A stretch of DNA of 64,000 bases from Shimia sp. (GTDB lineage: Bacteria > Pseudomonadota > Alphaproteobacteria > Rhodobacterales > Rhodobacteraceae). This document shows, piece after piece, positions 38,637-48,084 of this stretch. Where the stretch lies: NCBI GenBank assembly GCA_024224295.1, contig JAAENN010000177.1, positions 79-64,078 of the forward strand, read 5' to 3'. The stretch's first letter is position 1. The number at the start of each line of letters is the position of its first letter. The translations under genes were made by a program, and so were the position numbers. The notes beneath the pieces are model-generated. The model ran no database searches and was not told the DNA's origin. It saw nothing but the letters and a program-made list of their open reading frames with translations.

Positions 38637-39812
38637 ATGTCATTACAAGCACTGTTTCCGACGGTGGGCAGCAGTTTGCCAACGTCGAATGGTACGCTAT
38701 CTGCGGTGGCAGATTTCGAAGTATTGGCGCGCGCCTTGGATGCGGCGGGCCTATCGGCCAGCGTAGGAGGCTTGAGCGACTTTACATTGTTTGCTCCGAC
38801 AGACGCCGCCTTTGCGGATTTGGCAGTCACTTTGGGTTTTTCCGGCGACACCGACGATCCCGATGCGGTGTTTGGGGCGATTGCAGGGGCGCTGTCTGGC
38901 GTGGCATCCGACGGTGATCCCATCCCGCTGCTGACAGACATACTGCTGTACCACGTGAGTGGTACGGAAAGTGATGCGGCGGGTCTAAATGCTGATGGAC
39001 CGGTGGATACTTTGCTGACAGACGCTTCGGTTGAGGTGACTGACAACACCGTGGTCGACGGCGACCCTAATTTTCAGAACGCAGACATCATCAGTCCCGA
39101 TGTGGACGCGGGGATGGGGACCATTCAGGTGATCGACCAAGTGCTGCTTCCGCTGGACACACCGGCGGAGAGTGATCCCGGGACCTTGCTGGACGTACTC
39201 AAAGAAAGTGGAGGCCGTTTCGATGATGACAATACTGATTTTGACATGCTTCTGGCGGCGCTACAGGCGACGGGGCTAGATGCGGCAGCTGATGATCCGG
39301 ACGCTGAGCTTACTGTTTTTGCGCCCAATGATGCGGCCTTCGTCTCTTTGGCGCAGAGTCTTGGGTATGAGGGGGAGGATGAGGAGGGTGCGTTTCAGGC
39401 CATTGTTGACGTGGCTGGGGTGCTACGTCCCGAAGATCCGCTGTCCTTTGTCAGTGACGTTCTGAGCTATCACGTCAGCCCGGGAGAACAGGACAGCACC
39501 GCGGTTCTTGGTGCGGATAGTATTGATACGCTGTTTGGATCAGAGCTGGGTGTCGATGGCGCGTCGTTGGTGGACGCGGACCCCGATGCGGATGATGCCG
39601 AGATCATTGCGACAGATATTGGTGCCAGTAACGGCGTCGCGCATGTGATTGACGAGGTGCTTCGGCCTTTGGATTTGCCGATGCTGGAGGAAGGGCCGGA
39701 TGTAGAACCAGAAGTGACCTCGGGAGGCGAAGGCTACGGTGATGATGGATTTGGCTGGCTCGAAGGCTTAGGGTTTGCTGGACTGTTTCTCGCTTTGGTT
39801 TTTGTGGTGTAA
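38637..39812 (+). CDS. Two-FAS1 (fasciclin) domain protein with a C-terminal hydrophobic tail
   Basis: TLFAPTDAAF...LLYHV...IQVIDQVLLP and TVFAPNDAAF...LSYHV...NGVAHVIDEVL; GGAGG RBS. Confidence 0.9.
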   Translation: MSLQALFPTVGSSLPTSNGTLSAVADFEVLARALDAAGLSASVGGLSDFTLFAPTDAAFADLAVTLGFSGDTDDPDAVFGAIAGALSGVASDGDPIPLLTDILLYHVSGTESDAAGLNADGPVDTLLTDASVEVTDNTVVDGDPNFQNADIISPDVDAGMGTIQVIDQVLLPLDTPAESDPGTLLDVLKESGGRFDDDNTDFDMLLAALQATGLDAAADDPDAELTVFAPNDAAFVSLAQSLGYEGEDEEGAFQAIVDVAGVLRPEDPLSFVSDVLSYHVSPGEQDSTAVLGADSIDTLFGSELGVDGASLVDADPDADDAEIIATDIGASNGVAHVIDEVLRPLDLPMLEEGPDVEPEVTSGGEGYGDDGFGWLEGLGFAGLFLALVFVV

Positions 39813-39823
39813 AACGCGCTTTG

Positions 39824-40210
39824 TCAGGCGGACTTTTTCTGCTCCGCCTGTGCGTCAAACTCCAAACGAGCCTCATCAATATTGGGCAGGTTGTCCAAAG
39901 CCCATAGGCCAAGTGCTTTGACCGGCGCGTAAAACGAGTATCCCAGCTCCGTGAGCGCGTATTCCACTTTCGGCGGGATCGTCGGGTAATATGTCCGGTT
40001 CACCAAACCGTCGCGTTCCAGCTCCCGTAGTTTCAGTGACAACATGCGCTGGGAGATACCCAGATGACGTTTCAGCTCGTTGAAACGCAGCACTTTATAT
40101 TGCGCAAGCGAGAGTACAATGAGCACAGACCAGCGGTCCCCGACACGCCCTAAAACCTCGTTGATACGGGAGCATTCTGGGCATTGGCCCTCTTTCTCAA
40201 CAAAGCACAT
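39824..40210 (-). CDS. HxlR-family winged-helix regulator
   Basis: GDRWS, RFNELKR, ISQRMLS, PPKVEYALT; divergent from the nitroreductase. Start set to ATG 40210. Confidence 0.9.
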   Translation of the reverse strand: MCFVEKEGQCPECSRINEVLGRVGDRWSVLIVLSLAQYKVLRFNELKRHLGISQRMLSLKLRELERDGLVNRTYYPTIPPKVEYALTELGYSFYAPVKALGLWALDNLPNIDEARLEFDAQAEQKKSA

Positions 40211-40350
40211 GGCAGTTCCTTTCGTGTAACCCGGTCTCAGAAATGTGCCTTCTTGTGGCAATTTCCAGTGCCTCCTATATCGCGAGTATCAAAATGTTAC
40301 CAGCCGAGGCCAGGGTACATTGTACCCGCCGGAAACAAGGACACTACAGA

Positions 40351-40986
40351 ATGACATCGCTTAAAGATTTGATGGGCTGGCGTTATGCCACCAAGAAAAT
40401 GGACCCAGCTAAGGCCGTTCCGGCTGAAAAAGTAGATGCGATATTGGAAGCGATCCGCATGGCGCCAACGTCGAGTGGGACACAGCCGTTTGAGGTGTTT
40501 GTCGTAACCAATAATGAAATGCGTGAAGAGATCCGTAAGGTAGGCTGGGATCAAAGCCAGATCACCGAAGCCAGCCACCTGTTGGTGTTTGCAGCCTGGG
40601 ACAACTACTCGGCAGAGCGCATTGATGCGGTGCGTGCTCATATGGAAGAGTTGCGCGGCGAAAACGAGATGTTGTCTCAGTATTATGAGAACCTCAAAAA
40701 CGTGTATCTGCCGCGTGATGAGACTGTGAACCACGACCATGCGGCGCGTCAGGCCTATATCGCGCTGGGCTTTGCCATGTTGGCGGCAGCGGAATTGGGC
40801 GTGGACACCTGCCCGATGGAAGGATTTGATCCAGACGCTGTGGATGAGATCATGGGTTTGAAAGAACTGGGCCTGAAACCTGTGACGCTGTTGCCGCTGG
40901 GCTATCGTCAGGAAGGCGCGGATTGGCTGCTGCCGATGGCGAAAGTCCGCAAGTCTCGCGAGACTTTGGTTAGAGAGATCAGCTAA
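40351..40986 (+). CDS. Nitroreductase family protein (NfsB-like)
   Basis: WRYATKK, APTSSGTQP, GVDTCPMEGFD, LGYR. Start set to ATG 40351. Confidence 0.92.
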   Translation: MTSLKDLMGWRYATKKMDPAKAVPAEKVDAILEAIRMAPTSSGTQPFEVFVVTNNEMREEIRKVGWDQSQITEASHLLVFAAWDNYSAERIDAVRAHMEELRGENEMLSQYYENLKNVYLPRDETVNHDHAARQAYIALGFAMLAAAELGVDTCPMEGFDPDAVDEIMGLKELGLKPVTLLPLGYRQEGADWLLPMAKVRKSRETLVREIS

Positions 40987-41012
40987 GGTCCCTTGCATGA
41001 GACCACCATTAG

Positions 41013-41040
41013 AAGGCGCTCCGGAACGGGGCGCCTTTTT
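41013..41040 (+). terminator. Intrinsic terminator after the nitroreductase
   Basis: aaGGCGCTCC-ggaac-GGGGCGCCttttt. Confidence 0.75.
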
Positions 41041-41073
41041 GCGTCTTAGTTGGGGTTGAAATTCATGAGGTTA

Positions 41074-41091
41074 GAAATGTAATAACATAAC
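41074..41091. promoter_or_regulatory. Candidate Zur-type (Fur-family) palindromic operator
   Basis: GAAATGTAATAACATAAC is an imperfect palindrome, 30 bp upstream of ATG 41122. Confidence 0.5.
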
Positions 41092-41121
41092 TAAATGAAT
41101 CTGTCGGATATGAGTTTAGCC

Positions 41122-41400
41122 ATGGGACGGAATATCAAGAGCAATCTGCGCGGGCGGCGTAGGCAGGGCAATGTCATGCAGGCTTATGACGCGCTGCCGC
41201 CAGATCTGCGCCAATGGTTGCATACCGCAGCCTTGCCCTGGAGCCCGGCCTCGGCGCGCGGCATTTGGCGCAAGGCAGGCGGTGCCACGAACCCCAAGGC
41301 GGCGCTTGAGCGGTTGGCGGCGGTTGAGGAGGCGACCCTGAAAAAGGATCGCCTGGACGGGTGTGCACAGGATATTGCACGGGCCATAAAAGCCTCTTAG
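41122..41400 (+). CDS. Small basic protein, DUF6525-like
   Basis: AYDALPPDLRQWLHTAALPWS motif; the start is uncertain (41095, 41110 or 41122). Confidence 0.72.
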   Translation: MGRNIKSNLRGRRRQGNVMQAYDALPPDLRQWLHTAALPWSPASARGIWRKAGGATNPKAALERLAAVEEATLKKDRLDGCAQDIARAIKAS

Positions 41401-42890
41401 GGCGAGACTTTCTCCATATCGCCCAGCATCCAGCCGCTTTCGAGCCAGCCTTTTTCAGGTCCGTAGAGCCGGAACAGCAAGAAGTAGTCCTCAGTGGTGG
41501 GGATCCAGTTATTTTCCAGGCCTTTTGGCGCGGTTGGTCCGAAGTAAATGTCGTAAGAACCGTCGTCGTTTGCCTGCATGGTGTCGGCGTCTCGGGAAGA
41601 CAGACCAACGCGATCCACGTTGCGAATGAAGCTCTTGGTTTCCATGGAATAGACAATCACTGACCAGAAATCTTTCGCAGGTGTGTCTGCTGGTACGTTA
41701 AGTTTATAGGTGGCTGAAGGATCATACATGTCGCCGTTTTGATCGCGCAGACCAGTCAAGTAGAACGTCCCACCGCCAAGGAACTTGGGCAGGTAGGTGA
41801 TCCAGAAATAGCTTCCGCCCGCACGGTCATCGACCAGCACTTCGGTGTCGGTTTCATAGGGAAAGCCAGCTTCGGGTTGGCCTTCGGCGAAGTCCCAGAC
41901 CAACCACTGTGATTTGAGCGCACCATCTGCGGCGGTCCACAGCGGAACAGTCGCAAGACCCGGTTCGACAAAATAGCGCTGCATCGCGGCGTAGGCGAGG
42001 ACCAAGCCTTCGTTCATGGCTTTGAGTTGGCGGTCGTTGGGTTCAAAAGGCTTGCCCTTTTCGATGCCCACGTCTTTCAGAAAGTTGACCATGACTTTGT
42101 CTTGCGGGCGGATCGGATTGTTTTGAACGTAGTCGTTCAGATCCTGAAAATAGGTGTGATTGTAATACGGCAACGAGTCGTAGGGGACATCCGAGGCTTC
42201 GTGGTAAGTCGTGGGCGGTGGGTTGTCTGCCTCAGACAGGTAGTAGATTTTGATGGTTTGTGCGTAATCCGCAGCATCCGCGTCAGTCGCGCCATTGTAC
42301 AGCCGCGGGCGGAAGGAGAAGCCGTACTCGTATGTGTCGGTTTCAAACGGCATGTAGCCAGCGGAGGAGAGGTCTTCCAAAGATCGTGCGCCGTCATAGT
42401 CGGGCGGCAGCATCAGGTATTTACCGCCTTCGCCTTTGTCGTGGCCGTCTGGTCCGACATCCACAATCGGAGAGTCCCAGGCATTCACGATGGTGCCGAA
42501 ATAGCTGACTTTTTCCGTGGCAGCGGGCACTTCGATCACCAGTGGGCCAGGCGCGGAGGTCATGGAGGACCAGGCATAGGCGGTGACGTCATTTGCGGTG
42601 AGAAAGCCGTGTTTGGAGTCGAATGGTTTATTGAGATAAGCGACGTCGTTGTAATCGCCGCCCAGATCGCGCCGGATCCCTTTGAGGAAGTCAATCATCC
42701 CGGCAGCAGGCATGCCCCAGATTGCAGTCTGTGTCGCGCGTTGCACCATCATTTGGTACTCGATGTCTTCGACCTGCGCTGAGCGGGCCAGAATGTCACC
42801 TGTGTCGTTGAAGGTTTGTGCGTGGGCAACTTGCGAGATAAGCGTGAAGGCTGCGGTCAACAGTGTGCGTGTCGGGCTTGCTTTGATCAT
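41397..42890 (-). CDS. Secreted DUF1254/DUF1214 domain protein
   Basis: GAGGA precedes ATG 42890; signal peptide ending AHA; TANDVTAY, GPDGHDKGEGGKYL, FWSVIVY, YFGPTAP, NNWIPT, FRLYGP. Confidence 0.85.
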   Translation of the reverse strand: MIKASPTRTLLTAAFTLISQVAHAQTFNDTGDILARSAQVEDIEYQMMVQRATQTAIWGMPAAGMIDFLKGIRRDLGGDYNDVAYLNKPFDSKHGFLTANDVTAYAWSSMTSAPGPLVIEVPAATEKVSYFGTIVNAWDSPIVDVGPDGHDKGEGGKYLMLPPDYDGARSLEDLSSAGYMPFETDTYEYGFSFRPRLYNGATDADAADYAQTIKIYYLSEADNPPPTTYHEASDVPYDSLPYYNHTYFQDLNDYVQNNPIRPQDKVMVNFLKDVGIEKGKPFEPNDRQLKAMNEGLVLAYAAMQRYFVEPGLATVPLWTAADGALKSQWLVWDFAEGQPEAGFPYETDTEVLVDDRAGGSYFWITYLPKFLGGGTFYLTGLRDQNGDMYDPSATYKLNVPADTPAKDFWSVIVYSMETKSFIRNVDRVGLSSRDADTMQANDDGSYDIYFGPTAPKGLENNWIPTTEDYFLLFRLYGPEKGWLESGWMLGDMEKVSP

Positions 42891-43031
42891 GACGTCCTCG
42901 AAAATCAATGAAACAATCAACGAGAGGTTACGAGGCGGCAAAGATTTTGTCACTTTTGGAATGAAAGCGACCTGCCAAAGCATGTGCAGAGGACCAGGAC
43001 GCTTGAGGGGATTGCAAAGCGGCGAATCCGC

Positions 43032-43060
43032 TTGCCCACAAGGGCGATTCTGGCTATATC
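43032..43060 (+). promoter_or_regulatory. Probable sigma70 promoter of rpsA (~200-nt leader)
   Basis: TTGCCC-17 bp-TATATC. Confidence 0.55.
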
Positions 43061-43263
43061 GCCCCTGTCTATAAGGCGCTAATGCCATAAAACAACGGGA
43101 CGAGCAGGGTCGGAAACGCCGCCCCTCTTCGTTTTTTGTGTTTTTTTCCAGTTGTTTGGCGCGCCATTGACCAAATCGATCTGCCAGAATGGCGGACGCT
43201 AACCAAGACCGGCGGAGACAACCGCGCGGCCAGTAAAAATGTTTGAAAAGGAAATGACGCCAC

Positions 43264-44943
43264 ATGGCTGATACAACCATGGAGGAATTCGAAGCCCTCC
43301 TTAACGAAAGCTTCGAAATGGACACACCGAACGAGGGTTCGGTTGTCAAAGGCAAAGTCATCGCAATTGAAGCGGGCCAAGCCATCATCGACGTAGGCTA
43401 CAAAATGGAAGGCCGCGTTGATCTTAAAGAATTCGCAAATCCAGGTGAAGCTGCTGAAATCGCTGTTGGCGACGAAGTAGAAGTCTTCCTGCGCTCGGCA
43501 GAAAACGCCCGCGGCGAAGCGGTTATCTCCCGTGAGATGGCGCGCCGTGAAGAAGCTTGGGATCGCCTCGAGAAAGCCTATGCAGACGAAGAGCGCGTTG
43601 AAGGCGCAATCTTTGGTCGCGTCAAAGGCGGCTTCACAGTTGACCTTGGCGGCGCCGTGGCCTTCTTGCCCGGTTCCCAGGTTGACGTACGCCCAGTGCG
43701 TGACGCTGGCCCACTGATGGGTCTGAAGCAGCCGTTCCAGGTTCTGAAGATGGACCGTCGTCGTGGCAACATCGTTGTGTCCCGTCGTGCGATCCTCGAA
43801 GAGTCCCGTGCCGAACAGCGCGCAGAAGTCATCGGCAACCTGTCCGAAGGCCAAGCGGTCGACGGTGTGGTCAAAAACATCACCGAATACGGTGCGTTTG
43901 TTGACCTCGGCGGCGTTGACGGCTTGCTGCACGTAACTGACATGGCATGGCGTCGTGTGAACCACCCATCTGAGATCCTGACAATTGGCGAAACCGTCAA
44001 AGTTCAGGTGATCAAGATCAACAAAGAAACCCACCGCATCAGCCTGGGCATGAAGCAGCTGCAAGAAGATCCATGGGATCTGGTTGCTGCGAAGTACCCC
44101 CTGTCTTCCGTGCACAAAGGCCGTGTGACCAACATCACCGATTACGGTGCCTTTGTTGAGTTGGAGCCTGGTGTTGAGGGGCTCGTTCACGTGTCCGAAA
44201 TGTCTTGGACCAAAAAGAACGTACATCCCGGCAAGATCGTTTCCACCTCTCAGGAAGTGGACGTTATGGTGCTGGAAATCGACGGTGCCAAGCGCCGCGT
44301 TTCCCTGGGCCTCAAGCAGACACAGCGCAACCCATGGGAAGTGTTTGCAGAAACACATCCAGAGGGCACCGAGGTCGAAGGCGAAGTCAAGAACATCACC
44401 GAATTCGGTCTGTTCATCGGCCTGCCTGGCGAGATCGACGGCATGGTTCACCTCTCCGACTTGTCTTGGGACGAGCGCGGCGAAGAAGCCATCCAGAGCT
44501 ACCACAAGAATGACGTTGTTCAGGCCGTTGTGTCCGAAGTCGACGTTGAAAAAGAGCGTATCTCTCTCTCGATCAAAGCCCTCGGCGGCGACAAATTTGC
44601 AGATGCAGTTGGCGGCGTGAAGCGCGGCTCGATTGTGACCTGTGAAGTGACTGCCATCGAAGACGGCGGCATCGAAGTTGCGTACGAAGGCATGAAGTCC
44701 TTCATCCGTCGCTCCGATCTGTCCCGTGATCGTGCCGAGCAGCGCCCTGAGCGCTTCTCCGTTGGTGATAAGCTCGACGTACGTGTGACCAACATCGACA
44801 GCAAGACCCGTCGTCTGGGTCTGTCGATCAAAGCACGCGAGATCGCAGAAGAGAAAGAAGCCGTGGAACAGTACGGTTCTTCCGACTCCGGTGCGTCCCT
44901 CGGCGATATCTTGGGCGCAGCGCTCAAGACCGGCGACGAATAA
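43264..44943 (+). CDS. rpsA: 30S ribosomal protein S1
   Basis: Six S1 repeats; AFLPGSQVD, YGAFVDLGGVDGLLH. Confidence 0.98.
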   Translation: MADTTMEEFEALLNESFEMDTPNEGSVVKGKVIAIEAGQAIIDVGYKMEGRVDLKEFANPGEAAEIAVGDEVEVFLRSAENARGEAVISREMARREEAWDRLEKAYADEERVEGAIFGRVKGGFTVDLGGAVAFLPGSQVDVRPVRDAGPLMGLKQPFQVLKMDRRRGNIVVSRRAILEESRAEQRAEVIGNLSEGQAVDGVVKNITEYGAFVDLGGVDGLLHVTDMAWRRVNHPSEILTIGETVKVQVIKINKETHRISLGMKQLQEDPWDLVAAKYPLSSVHKGRVTNITDYGAFVELEPGVEGLVHVSEMSWTKKNVHPGKIVSTSQEVDVMVLEIDGAKRRVSLGLKQTQRNPWEVFAETHPEGTEVEGEVKNITEFGLFIGLPGEIDGMVHLSDLSWDERGEEAIQSYHKNDVVQAVVSEVDVEKERISLSIKALGGDKFADAVGGVKRGSIVTCEVTAIEDGGIEVAYEGMKSFIRRSDLSRDRAEQRPERFSVGDKLDVRVTNIDSKTRRLGLSIKAREIAEEKEAVEQYGSSDSGASLGDILGAALKTGDE

Positions 44944-44973
44944 GATCAACCGATCTTTCGTTTGAGAATTGGG

Positions 44974-45001
44974 AAACCCCGCCAGAAATGGCGGGGTTTT
45001 T
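44974..45001 (+). terminator. Intrinsic terminator after rpsA
   Basis: aaaCCCCGCCA-gaaa-TGGCGGGGttttt. Confidence 0.88.
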
Positions 45002-45377
45002 CTGTTGGAAGGCAAGCGCGGGCTGGGAATAGTCCTACAAAAAACGCCTTAAACGAAGGCCATGGATGTGGCGCCGGAAGCACAAGAGCTGTCACGATGG
45101 ACCGGACGGCCGCGCAACACGGCTTGCATTGCCGCGAATGGCTGCGGCGATGTTTCATTTTTCTTTCAGCGAACGGGGTACGTCAGCCGGAAGTGCATCG
45201 GCGGAGGTATTAGACGGGCGGTCTTCATGACGTTCCCAAAACGTCTCTCTGAGACGTTCAGAGGCGTCGGTTTTTCTGATGGCACGCTAGGCTGCTCGCG
45301 TACTCCTTCGATTGGGGCGCACAGCACCTTTTGTCATCTGTGCGCCGTAATTTATCAACTTATCGACCTGTGACGGG

Positions 45378-46139
45378 CTAGACGTAGAGGCGTTCTGCCT
45401 GTTGTGTCAGGGCCTTCATTGCGGCGCGGTAAGGCGCCGGGCCAAAGCTGATACGGGCAACGCCGGTTCCTGCGAAAGCTGCCAGGTCTGCGGAGACATC
45501 CAGGCACATTGCGTTTACGGGTAGGGAGATTGCTGTGCAGATGGTGCTGATCATCTTTTGGTCAGACAGGCCAGGGATGAAGAACCCACTGGCGCCGGCC
45601 TCGGCGTAGGCTGTGCCACGGGTGATGGCGGCTTCGATATGCTGTCCATGCTCGGAAGGATCAGACTGCAAAAACAGGTCGGTGCGGGCGTTGATGTAGA
45701 GCGGAACGCTGTGGGCATCAGCCTCAGCCCGGATGGCGGTGATGCGCGCGGATTGCGTGTCGATGTCGTGCAAGCCAGTGCCTTGCACCACGCGGTCCTC
45801 AAAGTTGATGCCAATGATGCCCGCCGCCAGCACGCCTGCGATGTTCTTGCGTAGCGCGTCCGGATCGACCGCATAGCCGCCTTCAAAGTCGAGCGAGACC
45901 GGCACATCACAGGACTCTGTGATGCGGGTGGCGATTTGCAGGAGGGTTTCCAGTGGAAGAGCTTCACCGTCGGCATAGCCTTGTGCGGCGGCTACGGACC
46001 AGCTGCCAGTGGCCAGGGCAGGGGCTCCGCCCCTGGCAATGGCGCCGCCGCTGCCGGCGTCCCAGCAATTGTAGAGCACTAGAGGCGTGCGAGCTTGGTG
46101 CAGCGCGGCAAAGGCAAGGGCGCGATCAGCTTGGGTCAT
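45378..46139 (-). CDS. Isocitrate lyase/PEP mutase family protein
   Basis: NCWDAGS, ATGSWSVAAAQGYADGE, DFEGGY, GINFED, NARTD. Start set to ATG 46139. Confidence 0.9.
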   Translation of the reverse strand: MTQADRALAFAALHQARTPLVLYNCWDAGSGGAIARGGAPALATGSWSVAAAQGYADGEALPLETLLQIATRITESCDVPVSLDFEGGYAVDPDALRKNIAGVLAAGIIGINFEDRVVQGTGLHDIDTQSARITAIRAEADAHSVPLYINARTDLFLQSDPSEHGQHIEAAITRGTAYAEAGASGFFIPGLSDQKMISTICTAISLPVNAMCLDVSADLAAFAGTGVARISFGPAPYRAAMKALTQQAERLYV

Positions 46140-47187
46140 GGACAGGTCCTTTTTGGTATTGGCGTTCGATTTCAACGAGTTTCTGTTTGCGCCAGAGGCC
46201 GCCGCCGTAGCCGGTGAGCGCGCCATCAGCTCCAAGTACGCGGTGACAGGGAACCAGCAAGGCAATCTGGTTAGCACCGTTGGCGCGGGCCACGGCGCGG
46301 GTCGCGGAGAGGCGGCCGATCGAGTTGGCCAGTTCAGAGTAAGTGCGAGTTTCGCCTGCTGGGATGTTGCAAAGCGCGTGCCAGACTTCTTTGGTAAAGG
46401 CTGTGCCGTGAAATGCGAGGGGTGTTTCGAATTGTGCATTCCGGCCCGCGAAGAAATTGGTGAGCTCGGTTTCAACTTGATCTGTCGGAGCATAACGGCC
46501 CAGACCAAGGTCACTTTTGGCAAAGTCACGTAGACGGGTGAGTTCGCGCGGCAGTGCTTTACGCTCGACAAACTCCAACAGGTGCAGGTGGGAGGCGCTG
46601 GACACCGCTATCATGTCTCCAAGGGGCGATGTGATCCAATCGGCACGCAAGAGACCGCCTTGTCGCAGGTCGGCTGGCGCACAGCCTAACAGGCGGGCGA
46701 AGGCTGCTCGGAAGGCGGAGGGGCTATCAAAGCTGGCGCTGTGCTGCGCATCAATCACTTTGTCGCCTTGGCTTAGCACTTCAAAGCCTTCCCGCAAGCG
46801 GCGTTGGCGGGCCATTTCAAGAAAGGTCATGCCAAACTGCCGTTTGAATGACCGGCGCACGGTGGAGAGATCAAAGCCCATTTGTGCGATGTGACGCTCG
46901 GACCAGCGGATGTCGGGGCGTTCGTCCAGCGCGGCCAAAAGTGCTGCAATGGCGGGGTCTGATTCTGCGGCTGGGGCCATGGGATGGCAGCGCTTGCACG
47001 CGCGGTAGCCCGCCTCGATACATTCGCCGATGGAGGCGAAGAAGGTGCAGTTTTCGGACTTTGGTTTGCGCGCGGGGCAGGTGAGACGGCAGAAGACTCC
47101 GGTGGAGGAGACGCAGACATAGGCGCGGCCGTCATAAGCGGGATCGCGGGCCAGCAGGGCCGCATAAAGCGTGTCATGGGTGGGCAA
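46126..47187 (-). CDS. ada: Ada-type bifunctional regulator / methylated-DNA-protein-cysteine methyltransferase
   Basis: Ada Zn-binding FCRLTC...ACKRC, AraC-type HTH, C-terminal VPCHRV. Confidence 0.9.
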   Translation of the reverse strand: MPTHDTLYAALLARDPAYDGRAYVCVSSTGVFCRLTCPARKPKSENCTFFASIGECIEAGYRACKRCHPMAPAAESDPAIAALLAALDERPDIRWSERHIAQMGFDLSTVRRSFKRQFGMTFLEMARQRRLREGFEVLSQGDKVIDAQHSASFDSPSAFRAAFARLLGCAPADLRQGGLLRADWITSPLGDMIAVSSASHLHLLEFVERKALPRELTRLRDFAKSDLGLGRYAPTDQVETELTNFFAGRNAQFETPLAFHGTAFTKEVWHALCNIPAGETRTYSELANSIGRLSATRAVARANGANQIALLVPCHRVLGADGALTGYGGGLWRKQKLVEIERQYQKGPVHDPS

Positions 47188-47331
47188 ATCAAAAAGTATG
47201 ATGCCACCCTAGCAGGCGACACCCGCCGTGCCGCCGGAAATCGGGCGTGTATTTCAGAAAGCTGGTCAGGAATGTGTGACTGGTAGTTTACCTTAGGGCA
47301 GGCTTAAGGTCAGGCAACAGGTGTGAGGGTA

Positions 47332-48084
47332 ATGATGGCAGAGAACAGTTTATATTCAGATCCGGCGCTGATTGCGGTCTATGACGCGCTCAACGCAGGA
47401 CGGCAGGATTATGATTTTTACCTGTCGCAATTGCCCAACGTGCCGCAGCGGATTTTGGACATTGGCTGTGGCACCGGCCAGTTTGCGCTAGAGTTGGCCG
47501 CCCGAGGGCATGATGTGTGTGCGGTGGATCCAGCGCCGGGAATGGTGGCATTTGCGCGCGAGAAACCAGGCGCAGATTTGATCGAATGGTATGTCGGACG
47601 GTGCTGTGTTGTGCCCAAGGCGCGGCCGTTTGATTTCATTTTCATGACCGGCCACGCGTTTCAGTGCCTATTGAGCGATCAGGACATCTTGCGGCTTTAC
47701 GCGGAGGTCGTAGCGCGGCTGGCACCGGACGGGGTGTTTTTTGCCGAGAGCCGTAATCCGGCTGTGAATGCCTGGGAGCGGTGGTGTCCAGAAAACGCCG
47801 GTCCGGCGGTAGCTCTGCCGGAAGGGCGCTCGGTGCATGTCTCGCATGAGGTCACTTCGGTGCAGGACGATCTGGTGCGATTTGTGGAGACCTATCGTTT
47901 TGACCCGGACGGAGCCGAACTGCGCTCGGAGAGTTGCTTGCGGTTTTGCTTAAAAGACCAGCTGGAGATTCTAGCGCAGCAGTCCGGGCTGGGGGTGCAG
48001 AGTTTGGCTGGAGGCTGGGATAGTCAGGCTTTTGAGGAAGCCAGAAGTCCCGAGATCATTATGGGTTTGCAGTTCCAGAATTAG
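47332..48084 (+). CDS. Class I SAM-dependent methyltransferase
   Basis: ILDIGCGTG, VDPAPGMV, FMTGHAFQCL. Confidence 0.9.
   Translation: MMAENSLYSDPALIAVYDALNAGRQDYDFYLSQLPNVPQRILDIGCGTGQFALELAARGHDVCAVDPAPGMVAFAREKPGADLIEWYVGRCCVVPKARPFDFIFMTGHAFQCLLSDQDILRLYAEVVARLAPDGVFFAESRNPAVNAWERWCPENAGPAVALPEGRSVHVSHEVTSVQDDLVRFVETYRFDPDGAELRSESCLRFCLKDQLEILAQQSGLGVQSLAGGWDSQAFEEARSPEIIMGLQFQN

Noticed and set aside
42891-43388. N-terminal extension of the 663-aa ORF 41397..43388
   Set aside because: It runs through the rpsA promoter and start; the RBS and signal peptide point to ATG 42890
43069-45015. 648-aa minus-strand ORF
   Set aside because: Antisense shadow of rpsA, expected from strong codon bias in a highly expressed gene; no protein motifs
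45062-45373. 103-aa plus-strand ORF after rpsA
   Set aside because: No clear RBS, unusual Cys/Arg-rich composition and no motifs; region kept only as an unexplained spacer
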